A DNA stretch of 64,000 bases from an uncultured virus (IMG/VR IMGVR_UViG_3300026549_002462) (lineage: Duplodnaviria > Heunggongvirae > Uroviricota > Caudoviricetes). The position numbers were made by a program, and so were the translations under genes. The notes under the pieces were generated by a model. That model saw nothing but the letters and a program-made list of their open reading frames with translations. It did not search any database and was not told where the DNA came from. Below, piece after piece: positions 18,884 through 28,362 of this stretch (within the stretch, counting starts at the first letter, position 1; the number at the start of each line of letters is the position of its first letter). The stretch lies in IMG/VR virus record IMGVR_UViG_3300026549_002462, one strand, 5' to 3'.

Positions 18884-21418
18884 CTATGAGTAGTTTTCCA
18901 TACCGGCACGAGCCTGTTTTTCAAGTTCCTCGCGCTGAGTCGTGAACAGCATGTGCTCAGACGGGGAGGCTTTGACCTTGATAGGAATATGACTTGCTCC
19001 TGCGCAGAAAAGGGCTTCGCCCTTATCCTGGCTCGGGATGGTCATCATTTCCTCTCTTGTAAGTCCCAGTTTGGCGGAAATATTATCGAGGTCGGTCTTT
19101 TCCATTCCGAGGATCAGCTTTGAGTGAGAGCAGGAGAGGATGGCATTGCCGTAATTGTCTCTTCCGTTGAAAAGGTCGACGATAGACTGTGTAGCGAAGA
19201 TCGCTCCTCCGCCGAATCCTCTTATGACCTTGAAGATCTCCTGAACGAACTCTCCTACCTGACGGTTGTTTCCGTCCAGAAGCTGCCATCCCTCGTCGAT
19301 GGTTATCATCTTTTTCTTGGTTCTGTCCTGCCTGCATTTTGCCCATATGAATTCCAGTATGATGAACATTGTCGGTGCAAGCATATCGTTTTTGATATTT
19401 TCAAGGCCAAAGACTATATACTTGTTGCCGAGATTCACATTCGTATGACCGTTCATGTTCCTGCAGGCACCATTGATGAAACGGGACATGATTATCACGA
19501 TCTCCTTGCGGATCTTTCCCTCATCGGATGCTGCCTTGATCCTGTCGTAGAAGTCGGAAATTATAGGCATCTTCTTGAGCGTGGTATGCTCAGCGTCTTC
19601 GTAGATGCTGTTGTTATCCTCGTTCATGCCGAAATCTTCGTAAAGATGCAGCAGGATCGTCTCAAGCTGCGTTTTTTCAGCAAGTGTAAGGTCAGGGATG
19701 AGATACGTCAGCCATATCTTGAGGTTGTCTATCTTGTCGATGACCCATGATTTTTCTGAATATGAATTTCCTCCGAGAAATGCAGTGACAGGGGAGGACA
19801 TAGGCCTTATCTCGAGAGGATTGATCCTCTGGTTCGATGTGGCTGCTATGTCGACAAACTCTCCGCCGACTGCGTCACATATCCTTCTGAACTCGTCCTG
19901 TTTGTCCGGTGCGAGAATAAAGTTCTGCACGCCGTGATATCTGAGCCTTGTCGTTATGGTCATGAGAGAGTAGGTCTTTCCGTGTCCTGATGCTCCGTAA
20001 ATCGACATGTTTGCGTTCGCATATCTCGAGTCGAACGGGTCGTAGAGTACCATCGACGCATTCTCTCTGTGATATCCGACTGCGATGCCGTTTTTATCCG
20101 AAAGGGAAAATGCCGTGAACGGATATGCTGCGGCAACTGCGCTGGTAGTGAGGTTGCGTCTGCCCACGTTCAGGAGTTTCGGCCTTAGATTCATAGTGTA
20201 TCCGGTCGAATAGAAGGCTTCTTCCTGATATCTTTTACACTCAAGAATGTCTACGTCGAGAGTTATGGCAGCCTTTTTCATCGCTTTCTTACGAAGATCC
20301 AGCTCTTCAAGAGTGTGTGCCCAGACGGTTATGAGGACTGTGATATCGTAAACGGACTCTCTTCCTCCCTTAAGAGCCTGCTTCATCCACATCGCTCCGG
20401 AGTAGTTTTCAGCTATCTCTTCTGCGTTTTCCTGCTCGGCCTCTGTGTTCGTGAGCTTGTATTTCTGCCACTTGAGGGTGTTTTTTATGCTGCTTAGCTT
20501 CTGTGAAGAGTCATCTTTGATGAAATAGATGTCTATATCGTAACCGTATCCGAAGTTTATGATCCCCGAAAGCCAGCCGCCCTGCGTCAGCATGTAGTTC
20601 GGCATCGTGTTTCCTCTAACGAAGAAGTGGCTCCTGTACATGCCGTCGATGACCATGTAGGAAGGGGACTCGTTAAAGTCTATCGACTTCGGCGCTATCA
20701 GATTCCTGATGTCGAACGGGATATCTGCATCAGGCAGCATCTCGAGCACCTTTGCGCGGTCGTCCCTTATCCTCAGAACTCTTTTGTTGTAAGGCTCAGT
20801 GTTCTTCGTGGCTCTGTTATAGTAGTTATACAGAAGTTCAGACAGCTTTCCGTCTTCGTTCGAAGTAAAAAGAAAAACGTCGTTTCCGAGGCCTTTGAAT
20901 CCGGAAGCGATCTCTTCTGCTTTTCGGTTTATTATATTTATGCCTTCTTCTTCAGTTTGGATGCCTTTTACTTCCTCGCCCTGGAGCTGGAAGATGAAGT
21001 AGTAGTGCTTACGATATGTATCTAGTCCTCCTTCGTTCTGGAGATACTGTATATACTGCGAAATAAGTGATTTGCAGGAGTCATCCTTTTCTTCCTGATA
21101 AGCGGCCCGTGCCATAGCTACGTATTCATCGATATTTGAGAAGGTCGTGATGACTTTGATGTGGAAATCAGCATAGATCGTTTTGATGAGAGCCGCGTAT
21201 TTTCTTATGGTCGAATCCTGCTCTTCATCAGACATGATGTTGAAGTTGATGGCCACGATCTCCATTATCTTGATGAATTTCCGGTTTCTGCCGTTCTCAT
21301 CTTCGGTAATGACGACGCCGTCCTTTATTCTGCTCTCCTGAATGAAGTCCTGTGTCCACTCCGGGACTCTTGTGCTGTTAAATGACAGTCCGAGATCCCT
21401 CCCGAGATTTATATCCAT
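18884..21418 (-). CDS. virB4: VirB4-like T4SS ATPase
   Basis: Walker A GASGHGKT, INPLEI, IDEGWQ, ATQ. Start MDINL at 21418 after a GAAAGGAG RBS. Confidence 0.92.
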   Translation of the reverse strand: MDINLGRDLGLSFNSTRVPEWTQDFIQESRIKDGVVITEDENGRNRKFIKIMEIVAINFNIMSDEEQDSTIRKYAALIKTIYADFHIKVITTFSNIDEYVAMARAAYQEEKDDSCKSLISQYIQYLQNEGGLDTYRKHYYFIFQLQGEEVKGIQTEEEGINIINRKAEEIASGFKGLGNDVFLFTSNEDGKLSELLYNYYNRATKNTEPYNKRVLRIRDDRAKVLEMLPDADIPFDIRNLIAPKSIDFNESPSYMVIDGMYRSHFFVRGNTMPNYMLTQGGWLSGIINFGYGYDIDIYFIKDDSSQKLSSIKNTLKWQKYKLTNTEAEQENAEEIAENYSGAMWMKQALKGGRESVYDITVLITVWAHTLEELDLRKKAMKKAAITLDVDILECKRYQEEAFYSTGYTMNLRPKLLNVGRRNLTTSAVAAAYPFTAFSLSDKNGIAVGYHRENASMVLYDPFDSRYANANMSIYGASGHGKTYSLMTITTRLRYHGVQNFILAPDKQDEFRRICDAVGGEFVDIAATSNQRINPLEIRPMSSPVTAFLGGNSYSEKSWVIDKIDNLKIWLTYLIPDLTLAEKTQLETILLHLYEDFGMNEDNNSIYEDAEHTTLKKMPIISDFYDRIKAASDEGKIRKEIVIIMSRFINGACRNMNGHTNVNLGNKYIVFGLENIKNDMLAPTMFIILEFIWAKCRQDRTKKKMITIDEGWQLLDGNNRQVGEFVQEIFKVIRGFGGGAIFATQSIVDLFNGRDNYGNAILSCSHSKLILGMEKTDLDNISAKLGLTREEMMTIPSQDKGEALFCAGASHIPIKVKASPSEHMLFTTQREELEKQARAGMENYS

Positions 21419-21483
21419 TAAAAATCTCCTTTCGCTTCGATGTATTTTGCCCGCCTGTTTCATACCTTTCTTTTCACGGTACG

Positions 21484-21512
21484 AAAAAAGGGCAGGGGAG
21501 TATCCCTTGCCC
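21484..21512 (-). terminator. Intrinsic terminator in the virB4 leader
   Basis: Minus strand GGGCAAGGG-atact-CCCCTGCCC-TTTTTT. Confidence 0.75.
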
Positions 21513-21626
21513 GAATCAGTCTAGGTTCATGTTAACATGATAGCACTGCTTGACACGAATGTCCGTATCACTTAGTGTCGTTTTTGATGCATTTTGCCGT
21601 TTTTTTGGATGAAAATCGCCGGTTTT

Positions 21627-22214
21627 TTATTTTTGTTTTTTCCCAAGTTGCCAGATTATGTCTACCAGATGTGAAATTTCCTTCTGTGCATTGCCGTCCT
21701 CGTCGAAGTTCGCCATGCTGCACATATACTCATAGAGGCTGTATGCCGCCTGCTCGAAAAAGTAGTTGCAGTTGTTGAATGTGAAGTATTGCTTCAGCAT
21801 TTTGCCGAACAGTTCAGCCCTGTCTTTGGGTTTGATGCCTTCAAAGAATGATCGTGCAGCCAGTTGATCAGGATCATTATTTTCCAGATCGAAGACGATG
21901 ATCCGTCTTTTGGCTTCACTTATTGGATCGGCTTTGGCATCGCTGTGTAGTTCAGGGTGGCGGACAGCATAGCTAATGTCCTCTTTATACTCAATTCTGA
22001 ATATATCAGTAAAGACCTCACACAGCTTTTTTGTGTAGAAAAGATCCATAGCTTCAGCCGGCATGGTTTCATCGTAACTCAGGTAAGATTTCGTGAGCAT
22101 ATCGGCAGCATTTTGAAAACCAAGTCTTTTAGGGAGTCTGATCGACATGGCGACTATTTTTTCTTGTTGATTCGCGGTATCCCTGATCGGGAGCTCAAGA
22201 TTTATTGGTTGCAT
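21627..22214 (-). CDS. Hypothetical protein divergent from rep
   Basis: 195 aa ORF with GAGG RBS. Confidence 0.6.
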   Translation of the reverse strand: MQPINLELPIRDTANQQEKIVAMSIRLPKRLGFQNAADMLTKSYLSYDETMPAEAMDLFYTKKLCEVFTDIFRIEYKEDISYAVRHPELHSDAKADPISEAKRRIIVFDLENNDPDQLAARSFFEGIKPKDRAELFGKMLKQYFTFNNCNYFFEQAAYSLYEYMCSMANFDEDGNAQKEISHLVDIIWQLGKKQK

Positions 22215-22535
22215 TTCCTACCTCGCTTCACTGCTTTGTGCGGCTTTTAGTCCGCTTAGTTTATTCGTTACTCACGCTTTATAAGATATTACCATTTTTT
22301 TACACTATTCGATATGTTTTTTACACTATATTGCAAGTAAATAACATAAAACTGTAATGTGTTGTAGCTATATGATAATATCTAACAGGCTTTTGATGCT
22401 ATAGAAAATTGTTCTTTTTGAAATAAAAGTCAATGAGTAAACCGCTGGGTTTTTATATTAAGTTTATTTTTCAATTTATTTTTTAATTTATTTATCGGAG
22501 CAGCCAAGCCCAGTGATATCAACGGGTTCACGAAA

Positions 22536-23050
22536 TCAATCGTGACATTTTGGGGTCAATCGTGACATTTTGGGGAGTAAACGAGACAAATTGGGAATTT
22601 AATCGTGACATTTTGGGGAAGGGCGAAATTTCAATCGGGACGTTTTGGGGCGCATAGCACTTCGATCCATGAAAATGCATTTAAAACCCCTGCGAAAGGC
22701 TGATAATTCAAGGATTTTGGGCAGAAACGGCGATATGGGGCCATATAATAGATCGATATGAGGTAAAAAGTCCCGTTATTTCAAGGCTTTTGTTAACGGA
22801 TAAAATGAATGTGTACAGTTCAATCGTGACATTTTGGGGCGGTTTTTATTTCAATCGTGACATTTTGGGCAAGAGCGATATTTCAATCGTGACATTTTGG
22901 GGAACGTTGAAATTTCAACGTTTGCAGTCTCTTTGAGGCTCGTGAAAAGCAGATTTTGCATCTCCAATCGTGACATTTTGGGGAAGTCTTATATTTTCAA
23001 TCGTGACATTTTGGGGACGATAGCGATAGTTCAATCGTGACATTTTGGGG
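22536..23050 (+). repeat. Iteron array (plasmid oriV), consensus TCAATCGTGACATTTTGGGG, ~11 copies in two clusters
   Basis: Copies at about 22536, 22556, 22577 (degenerate), 22599, 22631, 22820, 22851, 22883, 22964, 22997, 23031. AT-rich tract at 22260-22500. Upstream of rep. Confidence 0.92.
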
Positions 23051-23093
23051 AAGAGGGTGTTCGCAGTAAAACCACAAAATAAGGTGCGCCCAC

Positions 23094-23142
23094 CTCAATC
23101 GTGACGCAATTTATTGACATGTCACGATTGAGCCCTTATAAT
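23094..23142 (+). promoter_or_regulatory. rep promoter with inverted half-iteron operator
   Basis: TTGACA(23114)-17 bp-TATAAT(23137), overlapped by the inverted repeat CTCAATCGTGAC...GTCACGATTGAG. Confidence 0.9.
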
Positions 23143-23185
23143 CAAGCTGCAACTATGGCAACGAAGTATAGAGGTGCTTTCAATA

Positions 23186-24442
23186 ATGGCTAACGAAATT
23201 GTAAGATATCATAACGACTTTGCTTCAGTCAGCCTCGTCAGCTTTTCTGCGGTTGAGCAGAACATGTTTGCGGCAGTACTGTATGAATGTCGGGGAAAGG
23301 GTTCACAGAAGCACTATCTGTCTCTTGAATATCTGAGAGAGCTTTCAGGATTTTCGGCAAAGGATAACGCGAGATTTATGTCTTGTGTCAAAGAATTTGC
23401 AAAGAAGATGCACACTCTTTTCTATATGGAAGATAAAGAGGACGGCGGGTTCAAAAGTTTTGTGTTGTTTCCCCGGTTTGAGACAGTGGATCTGGACACG
23501 GATGATCCTAAACTGGAAATAAGGGTGGATGAGGATTACGCTTATATAATCAACACTGATCCGGAGTTTCTCCCCGAAGGGACACTGAAGCTTTTGAGTG
23601 CTGGTTATACCACGTTCGAGCTGGCTCAGCATAATGCTCTGAAATCAGGCTACAGCAAGAATGCATTCAGACAGCTCAAACGGTTCAAAAAGACAGGCTG
23701 GTGGGAGGTATCCATTGAGGATTTCAGGCGGCTTTTAGATGTACCTGAAAAGTACAGGATGTCTGAGCTAAGAAAGCGCGTGCTTGTACCTATCAAAGAG
23801 GAGCTTTCAGATCTGTTCGAAGGGCTTACTATCACCGAAAAAAAGGGAGGGCCGTCAGGTAGGAAGGTTCTTGGTTTGAGATTTGATTTCAAGCCGCAGC
23901 TGGAAAAAGGGATCTGGCACGATGATGATATCTACGGAGAGCTGCGTGAAGAATACAACTGTCCTGTATGCGGAGAACCTTTGTATGCAATAGTCAAGAA
24001 TACAGGTGACGTGTTCTACGGTCATAAAGGAGGGTGGAATACGTCGGCTCCTTGCAGACAAACATTTGGAAGTCTCAGAGAGATACTCAGACAGAAGGGC
24101 AGCCCAATAATTAAAGAAGCTGAAAAGCATCCATATATTGAAAGGGATAAGCCTAAAATAGAAAAAACGGGATTCAGCTGCAGAGCGTGCGGAAAGCCTC
24201 TGTTCAAACTTTACAACGATAAGGGGGAAATGTTCTACGGACATATAGACGGATGGAAGAAAGATGCTGTCTGCAGAGAGACCTACAGCAGCGTTGCTGA
24301 GATAAGAGGGTACAGCGAGACACCGACGCGATCCGATCATGCAGATTATGATTTGACCGAAGGAGATCCTAATACAGCAAAGGATATATACGGGATATTC
24401 GAAACGATAACCAACGATATCATGGACAAGGAGCAGGAATGA
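23186..24442 (+). CDS. repB: Rep_3/RepB-family replication initiator with two C-terminal zinc ribbons
   Basis: IVRYHNDF, LKSGYSK..FRQLKRF, DFRRLLDVP..Y..SEL.KRVL.P motifs. Adjacent iterons. Confidence 0.9.
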   Translation: MANEIVRYHNDFASVSLVSFSAVEQNMFAAVLYECRGKGSQKHYLSLEYLRELSGFSAKDNARFMSCVKEFAKKMHTLFYMEDKEDGGFKSFVLFPRFETVDLDTDDPKLEIRVDEDYAYIINTDPEFLPEGTLKLLSAGYTTFELAQHNALKSGYSKNAFRQLKRFKKTGWWEVSIEDFRRLLDVPEKYRMSELRKRVLVPIKEELSDLFEGLTITEKKGGPSGRKVLGLRFDFKPQLEKGIWHDDDIYGELREEYNCPVCGEPLYAIVKNTGDVFYGHKGGWNTSAPCRQTFGSLREILRQKGSPIIKEAEKHPYIERDKPKIEKTGFSCRACGKPLFKLYNDKGEMFYGHIDGWKKDAVCRETYSSVAEIRGYSETPTRSDHADYDLTEGDPNTAKDIYGIFETITNDIMDKEQE

Positions 24443-24714
24443 TTCTGAAAGGAAGAAGAGATTTCGGAGATGGGTGCTATACAGCCATCTATGAAGATGA
24501 TAAGTACAAGTATACGCTGAAAGTAAGCGACGGAATCAGGGTGGTATCTGCTGAACCGTTTGACCCCTGCAGGCCGGTAATAACCATCACGGACAAGGAG
24601 CCTGCACGACTTGAGTTCTTCGGCGGCGTTCTGATGGAAGAGATGCTTGGGTCATATATGGCGGCGCTGAGCGAGGTACCTGATATCACCGAACAGATGA
24701 GAAAACTTGTGTGA
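24439..24714 (+). CDS. Hypothetical protein
   Basis: ATGA overlap with the rep stop codon. Confidence 0.6.
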   Translation: MILKGRRDFGDGCYTAIYEDDKYKYTLKVSDGIRVVSAEPFDPCRPVITITDKEPARLEFFGGVLMEEMLGSYMAALSEVPDITEQMRKLV

Positions 24715-24722
24715 AAAAATAA

Positions 24723-24756
24723 CTCCCCTGACAAAAGTCAGGGGAGCATTTTTTTA
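24723..24756. terminator. Terminator between convergent genes
   Basis: CTCCCCTGAC-aaaa-GTCAGGGGAG followed by a T-run. Confidence 0.85.
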
Positions 24757-24757
24757 T

Positions 24758-25219
24758 TTAGGCTTTTGCCTTCAGAGAGAATCTTCCTTCGGCCATTACG
24801 GCGATAGTGTCATCGATGCCGGTGGTTACCTGATCATAGACAACATCCATCACTATCCTGGCACAGAAGTTAGCTGCTTCTCTGCGCGACGCCGGATTCT
24901 CACCATCTATGAGGTGAGGGTGTAGCGGCTCGCAGTGGAGGGAAAGCGCAAGTCTGTACAGAAGATTCATGCTCGCAATGGCTGCGTTATGGCAGCTTTT
25001 TCTATTGCTGTCGAGCTTTACTGTATAGTCTCTGAGCGCGTCGCCATCAAGTCTGAAGCGCTGGATAGGAAGGAGGACTTCCATCGCGTAAATCGAGTTT
25101 ACGTAATTTGAAAAGTCCATCATTCCGCTTTCAACTGCATTCAGATCAGTTTCTCTGAAAGCTTCGTCCTCGGCTCCGATCGCAGTGACCAGAGCCAGAT
25201 ACTTATTCTTTAGTTCCAT
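24758..25219 (-). CDS. DUF3232-like hypothetical protein
   Basis: YVNSIY.ME...LD..RK..HNAAI pattern. Confidence 0.55.
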   Translation of the reverse strand: MELKNKYLALVTAIGAEDEAFRETDLNAVESGMMDFSNYVNSIYAMEVLLPIQRFRLDGDALRDYTVKLDSNRKSCHNAAIASMNLLYRLALSLHCEPLHPHLIDGENPASRREAANFCARIVMDVVYDQVTTGIDDTIAVMAEGRFSLKAKA

Positions 25220-25248
25220 TTGTGTTGTTTCCTCCTTCTAATTCTTGA

Positions 25249-25734
25249 TTAATGTTTTGATGATGAAAGAATGGTTTTTACGATCATAACCGGATTCATC
25301 TGAGGATTAATGCAGTGAGCATGCTTTGCCCGTTCCTTCTGCATATCCTTTTCATCCCGGGAAACCTTCACGTATGCGCCCGGCCAGTTTCTCGTATTTA
25401 CTCCGTAATCGTCTACGAGAATGTCGCTTTCTCCGCAGTTCACATAATCTGCCTTGTTCATTCCGCAAGGGACGAAGATGATGTGGTCCTGAGAAACGAA
25501 CGGAGCGTAAACCTTAAGCCACCGAAGTTTTTCCTTCTTTGCTGTCGGATGGTCCTCGAGCACGGAGGTCAGAACATAAACATCCGTATCTGGCATTTCA
25601 GAAAGACTCTTCATTGCCTTCAGGATGTTCCTGTGCGGACGGAGAAAAAGAAAGTATCCCCATATGTACAGGACAAAGAGGGGAACATAACGGAATTCAG
25701 CAAGGACCCCGTCCTGATCAAAGTAGATTTTCAT
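25249..25734 (-). CDS. HAD-superfamily 5'-nucleotidase (NT5C-like)
   Basis: IYFDQDGVLA, EK..WL and ILVDDY motifs. Confidence 0.8.
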   Translation of the reverse strand: MKIYFDQDGVLAEFRYVPLFVLYIWGYFLFLRPHRNILKAMKSLSEMPDTDVYVLTSVLEDHPTAKKEKLRWLKVYAPFVSQDHIIFVPCGMNKADYVNCGESDILVDDYGVNTRNWPGAYVKVSRDEKDMQKERAKHAHCINPQMNPVMIVKTILSSSKH

Positions 25735-26009
25735 TTCTGCTCCTCCTTTTCCGCGGCGGCGTGTGCCATTGCCTCTATCAGTTCGAGCGCAGCCATATCT
25801 GCTTTATTGAAATGGCTGTAGTACGAATATGCATTCTGGATATGCTCTGCTATGAATGTCTTCTTTTCTTCAGCCGGTGAAATGAGCTCCGATGAGCGGA
25901 TCGTCCTTATGAAAGAATCGATTTCCGATATGAGACACATTTCCTCCGGTGTCAGCCTTTCTCTTGTTAGGGCCGCGATCAGGTAAGGGGGTTTCAACAT
26001 TGGTGTCAT
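25731..26009 (-). CDS. Hypothetical protein
   Basis: Short ORF translationally coupled to the nucleotidase gene. Confidence 0.45.
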   Translation of the reverse strand: MTPMLKPPYLIAALTRERLTPEEMCLISEIDSFIRTIRSSELISPAEEKKTFIAEHIQNAYSYYSHFNKADMAALELIEAMAHAAAEKEEQK

Positions 26010-26020
26010 CCTCCTTCCTA

Positions 26021-26968
26021 CTACGCACACATTGTGAATGTGTCGGATCCTTTGTCAAAGTAGAAAACGTTGTACGAAAGAAGCTCGTGCGGTTCTACTA
26101 CGCTTTCGTTGGCCTGTCTTACCAGTTCTTTAAGGTCCGCTGGTTCGATCATCTCCGAGTCCGGGACCAGTATGAACTCGTGCAGGCTTGACGGAAGGAT
26201 ATAGTAGCTGCAGCCGATAACATCTCCTGCCTTTTCCATGACGCCCGGATAGAACAGGGCAGCTGCGCCGTGTTCTCCGGTGCGGTTGCTCAGGATATAC
26301 ATCTGGCTGTGGCCATCAGTATCTGCTCCGACCGTCAGCAGGTTGGTGCTGCTTCCGTACAAAGCATCTTCCATGTCAACGAGCTTTGCTGAATCCAAAC
26401 GTGATGCACTTTTAAGCGCCTGCCTGAACAGGGTGGCCTTGTCGACATCCAGACTGCTGAAAATAGAATCGTTTATAGTGACTGAGAGCGAGCCTATCTT
26501 CGGTTCTTCAATCTGGACAATCGCAATAAGCGCAAGTCCGTTTCCGACATCGAAGAATGGCTTGTCTTTAAGAAAGTCACCGTTTCGGCCGATCTCCAGA
26601 AGGCGAACTGAAAGGCTGTCTTTTACAGCATCCCAGTTAAAGGCGATTGCGTCATCTGCTATTCTTTGCATGTCTGCGCCGGATGCGTACTCCATAGCAG
26701 AGTCATACTGTGACAGGATCTCCATCGCCTGATAACGGACCGGTTCTCCCTGCAGATAATGCATCTCATATTCGCCGTTTATGTAGATCGTCGGAGCTGC
26801 CGTCTGGTCTGCAAGCTTGAAGGTGAGGCCTACAAGCTTCTGGTCATTGACCTTATCCACGCTCATAATGCGGATATCCAGATTGCTCTTCTGCTTCTCG
26901 GTCATAAGGGCAATAACTTCTTCTCTCATTTTTTCGGCATAATCGCCTATATTCATCATTGTGTTCAT
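26021..26968 (-). CDS. DUF5688-family protein
   Basis: APTIYIN, MYILSN..GAAALFYP, YYILPSSLHE, LS..V motifs. Confidence 0.8.
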   Translation of the reverse strand: MNTMMNIGDYAEKMREEVIALMTEKQKSNLDIRIMSVDKVNDQKLVGLTFKLADQTAAPTIYINGEYEMHYLQGEPVRYQAMEILSQYDSAMEYASGADMQRIADDAIAFNWDAVKDSLSVRLLEIGRNGDFLKDKPFFDVGNGLALIAIVQIEEPKIGSLSVTINDSIFSSLDVDKATLFRQALKSASRLDSAKLVDMEDALYGSSTNLLTVGADTDGHSQMYILSNRTGEHGAAALFYPGVMEKAGDVIGCSYYILPSSLHEFILVPDSEMIEPADLKELVRQANESVVEPHELLSYNVFYFDKGSDTFTMCA

Positions 26969-27044
26969 GTGTTGTCTCCTTTCTTAAAAAAGAGACGGGC
27001 ATAAAAAAGCCCGTCTCATATAACATCAGATATTGATTTTCTTT

Positions 27045-27890
27045 CTAGTGAAGGTATTTGGTCACAGCTGCGAGCAGTACGGGAACTGATATCGCTCCGA
27101 TAGGGGCGGACGGCAGATTCTGTACAGGCTCATCTTCTGATTTCTCTGTCATGGAGACAGGCTCAGACGGGATCTTTGCTGTGTCAATAACTTCATCTTC
27201 AGCCTTTTCTTCTTCAGCAGCGAGATATTCATATTCCGGTGTCACGGTATCTTCTGCGTCATCGCAATATCCATCTTCACAGTCTTCCTCGCAGTCACAG
27301 TCGTCATAGAAAAGAATGACGCCTGCGAGCGTTGAGTTGTTCATTCCTCCTGTGCTGATCAGCGCAAAACCGCATGAACCTTCCATGTACACGCCGCTCA
27401 TGATGCAATCAACAAAGCCGGGAGTATCCTCGAACTTGATGTCGAGGTCCTTGAGGCTGACGTATTCGCTGCCTGTTTTGACCGCGCTGCCGATCCTGTC
27501 TTTAGCAGTAGCAATAGAATTCCGCTTTACGGCTGCCGGAGCAGGGGAGTATTCTATGACTTCCTCGTGTTCCGCTTCCGGTTCTACAGCAGGAGCTGAA
27601 GGTTCAGAAGGTGCAGGGACCTCATCCTGTTGAAGGTCCTGATCTGACGGAGGCTCGCTGGAAGGTATGTCCTGCGTAGCAGGATCATCTTCCTCTGACG
27701 AGCCGTTATCAGCAGCATCTTCCTCCGGGAGAGTTTCTGCATTTTCGGCTTCAATATCTTCTGTTGTTTCCTCGCTGACTACGGTCACCTCTTCGCAGTC
27801 AGCTTCTTCAGTAATGATTTCATCTGCATATACGCCAACAGGCATGAGTGCCAGAAGCAGGATAGCAGTGATCGTTAAGACTCTTTTCAT
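27045..27890 (-). CDS. Secreted or surface acidic protein
   Basis: Signal peptide MKRVL...VYA, E/D/P-rich body, hydrophobic C-terminus. Confidence 0.6.
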   Translation of the reverse strand: MKRVLTITAILLLALMPVGVYADEIITEEADCEEVTVVSEETTEDIEAENAETLPEEDAADNGSSEEDDPATQDIPSSEPPSDQDLQQDEVPAPSEPSAPAVEPEAEHEEVIEYSPAPAAVKRNSIATAKDRIGSAVKTGSEYVSLKDLDIKFEDTPGFVDCIMSGVYMEGSCGFALISTGGMNNSTLAGVILFYDDCDCEEDCEDGYCDDAEDTVTPEYEYLAAEEEKAEDEVIDTAKIPSEPVSMTEKSEDEPVQNLPSAPIGAISVPVLLAAVTKYLH

Positions 27891-27901
27891 GCCGACACCT
27901 C

Positions 27902-28279
27902 CTACCACATCTTGCGAATGAACTGGTTGGTGATGTCAGTAATCATGGCTGTTCCCGAATCTCCGGCTACGTGTATGTCATAGTAGCCGTTTCGGCCTGC
28001 GCCGTTGGCGAAAACAGGACGGACCTTTTCTTCGTCAGGCATATACACCAGATCGACGAGCGGGTTGCCTTCGGCGGCGCCACCATTTTCGGTAAGGCGG
28101 ATCGCGTCGCGCATTGCGCTGCAGATCATCTGCCTGTCGTCAAGGGTGAGGTCGTAGACATCTCTGTCCAGCAGTGCGCGGGCTGCAGCCTGCAGCGCTG
28201 CCGGTGCATCGTTCTGGCTTATGCCGTAGTCCATCAGGATTTGTTCGGCTTTGCCGAGTCTTGCTTTGATCGTGTTCAT
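27902..28279 (-). CDS. Hypothetical protein
   Basis: 125 aa ORF with the conserved RBS motif. Confidence 0.65.
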   Translation of the reverse strand: MNTIKARLGKAEQILMDYGISQNDAPAALQAAARALLDRDVYDLTLDDRQMICSAMRDAIRLTENGGAAEGNPLVDLVYMPDEEKVRPVFANGAGRNGYYDIHVAGDSGTAMITDITNQFIRKMW

Positions 28280-28362
28280 GTGTTGTTTCCTTTCCCCCGC
28301 TTTGCGGGAATAAAAATAGGACGGCCGATGGTCGTCCGGTTAATATATGAAATGCTGATCTC

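Noticed and set aside
22536..23050. 20-bp repeats as a CRISPR array
   Set aside because: Spacing is irregular (0-14 nt, with larger gaps), no cas genes are present, the repeats are directly upstream of rep, and the motif recurs as the rep operator. They are iterons.
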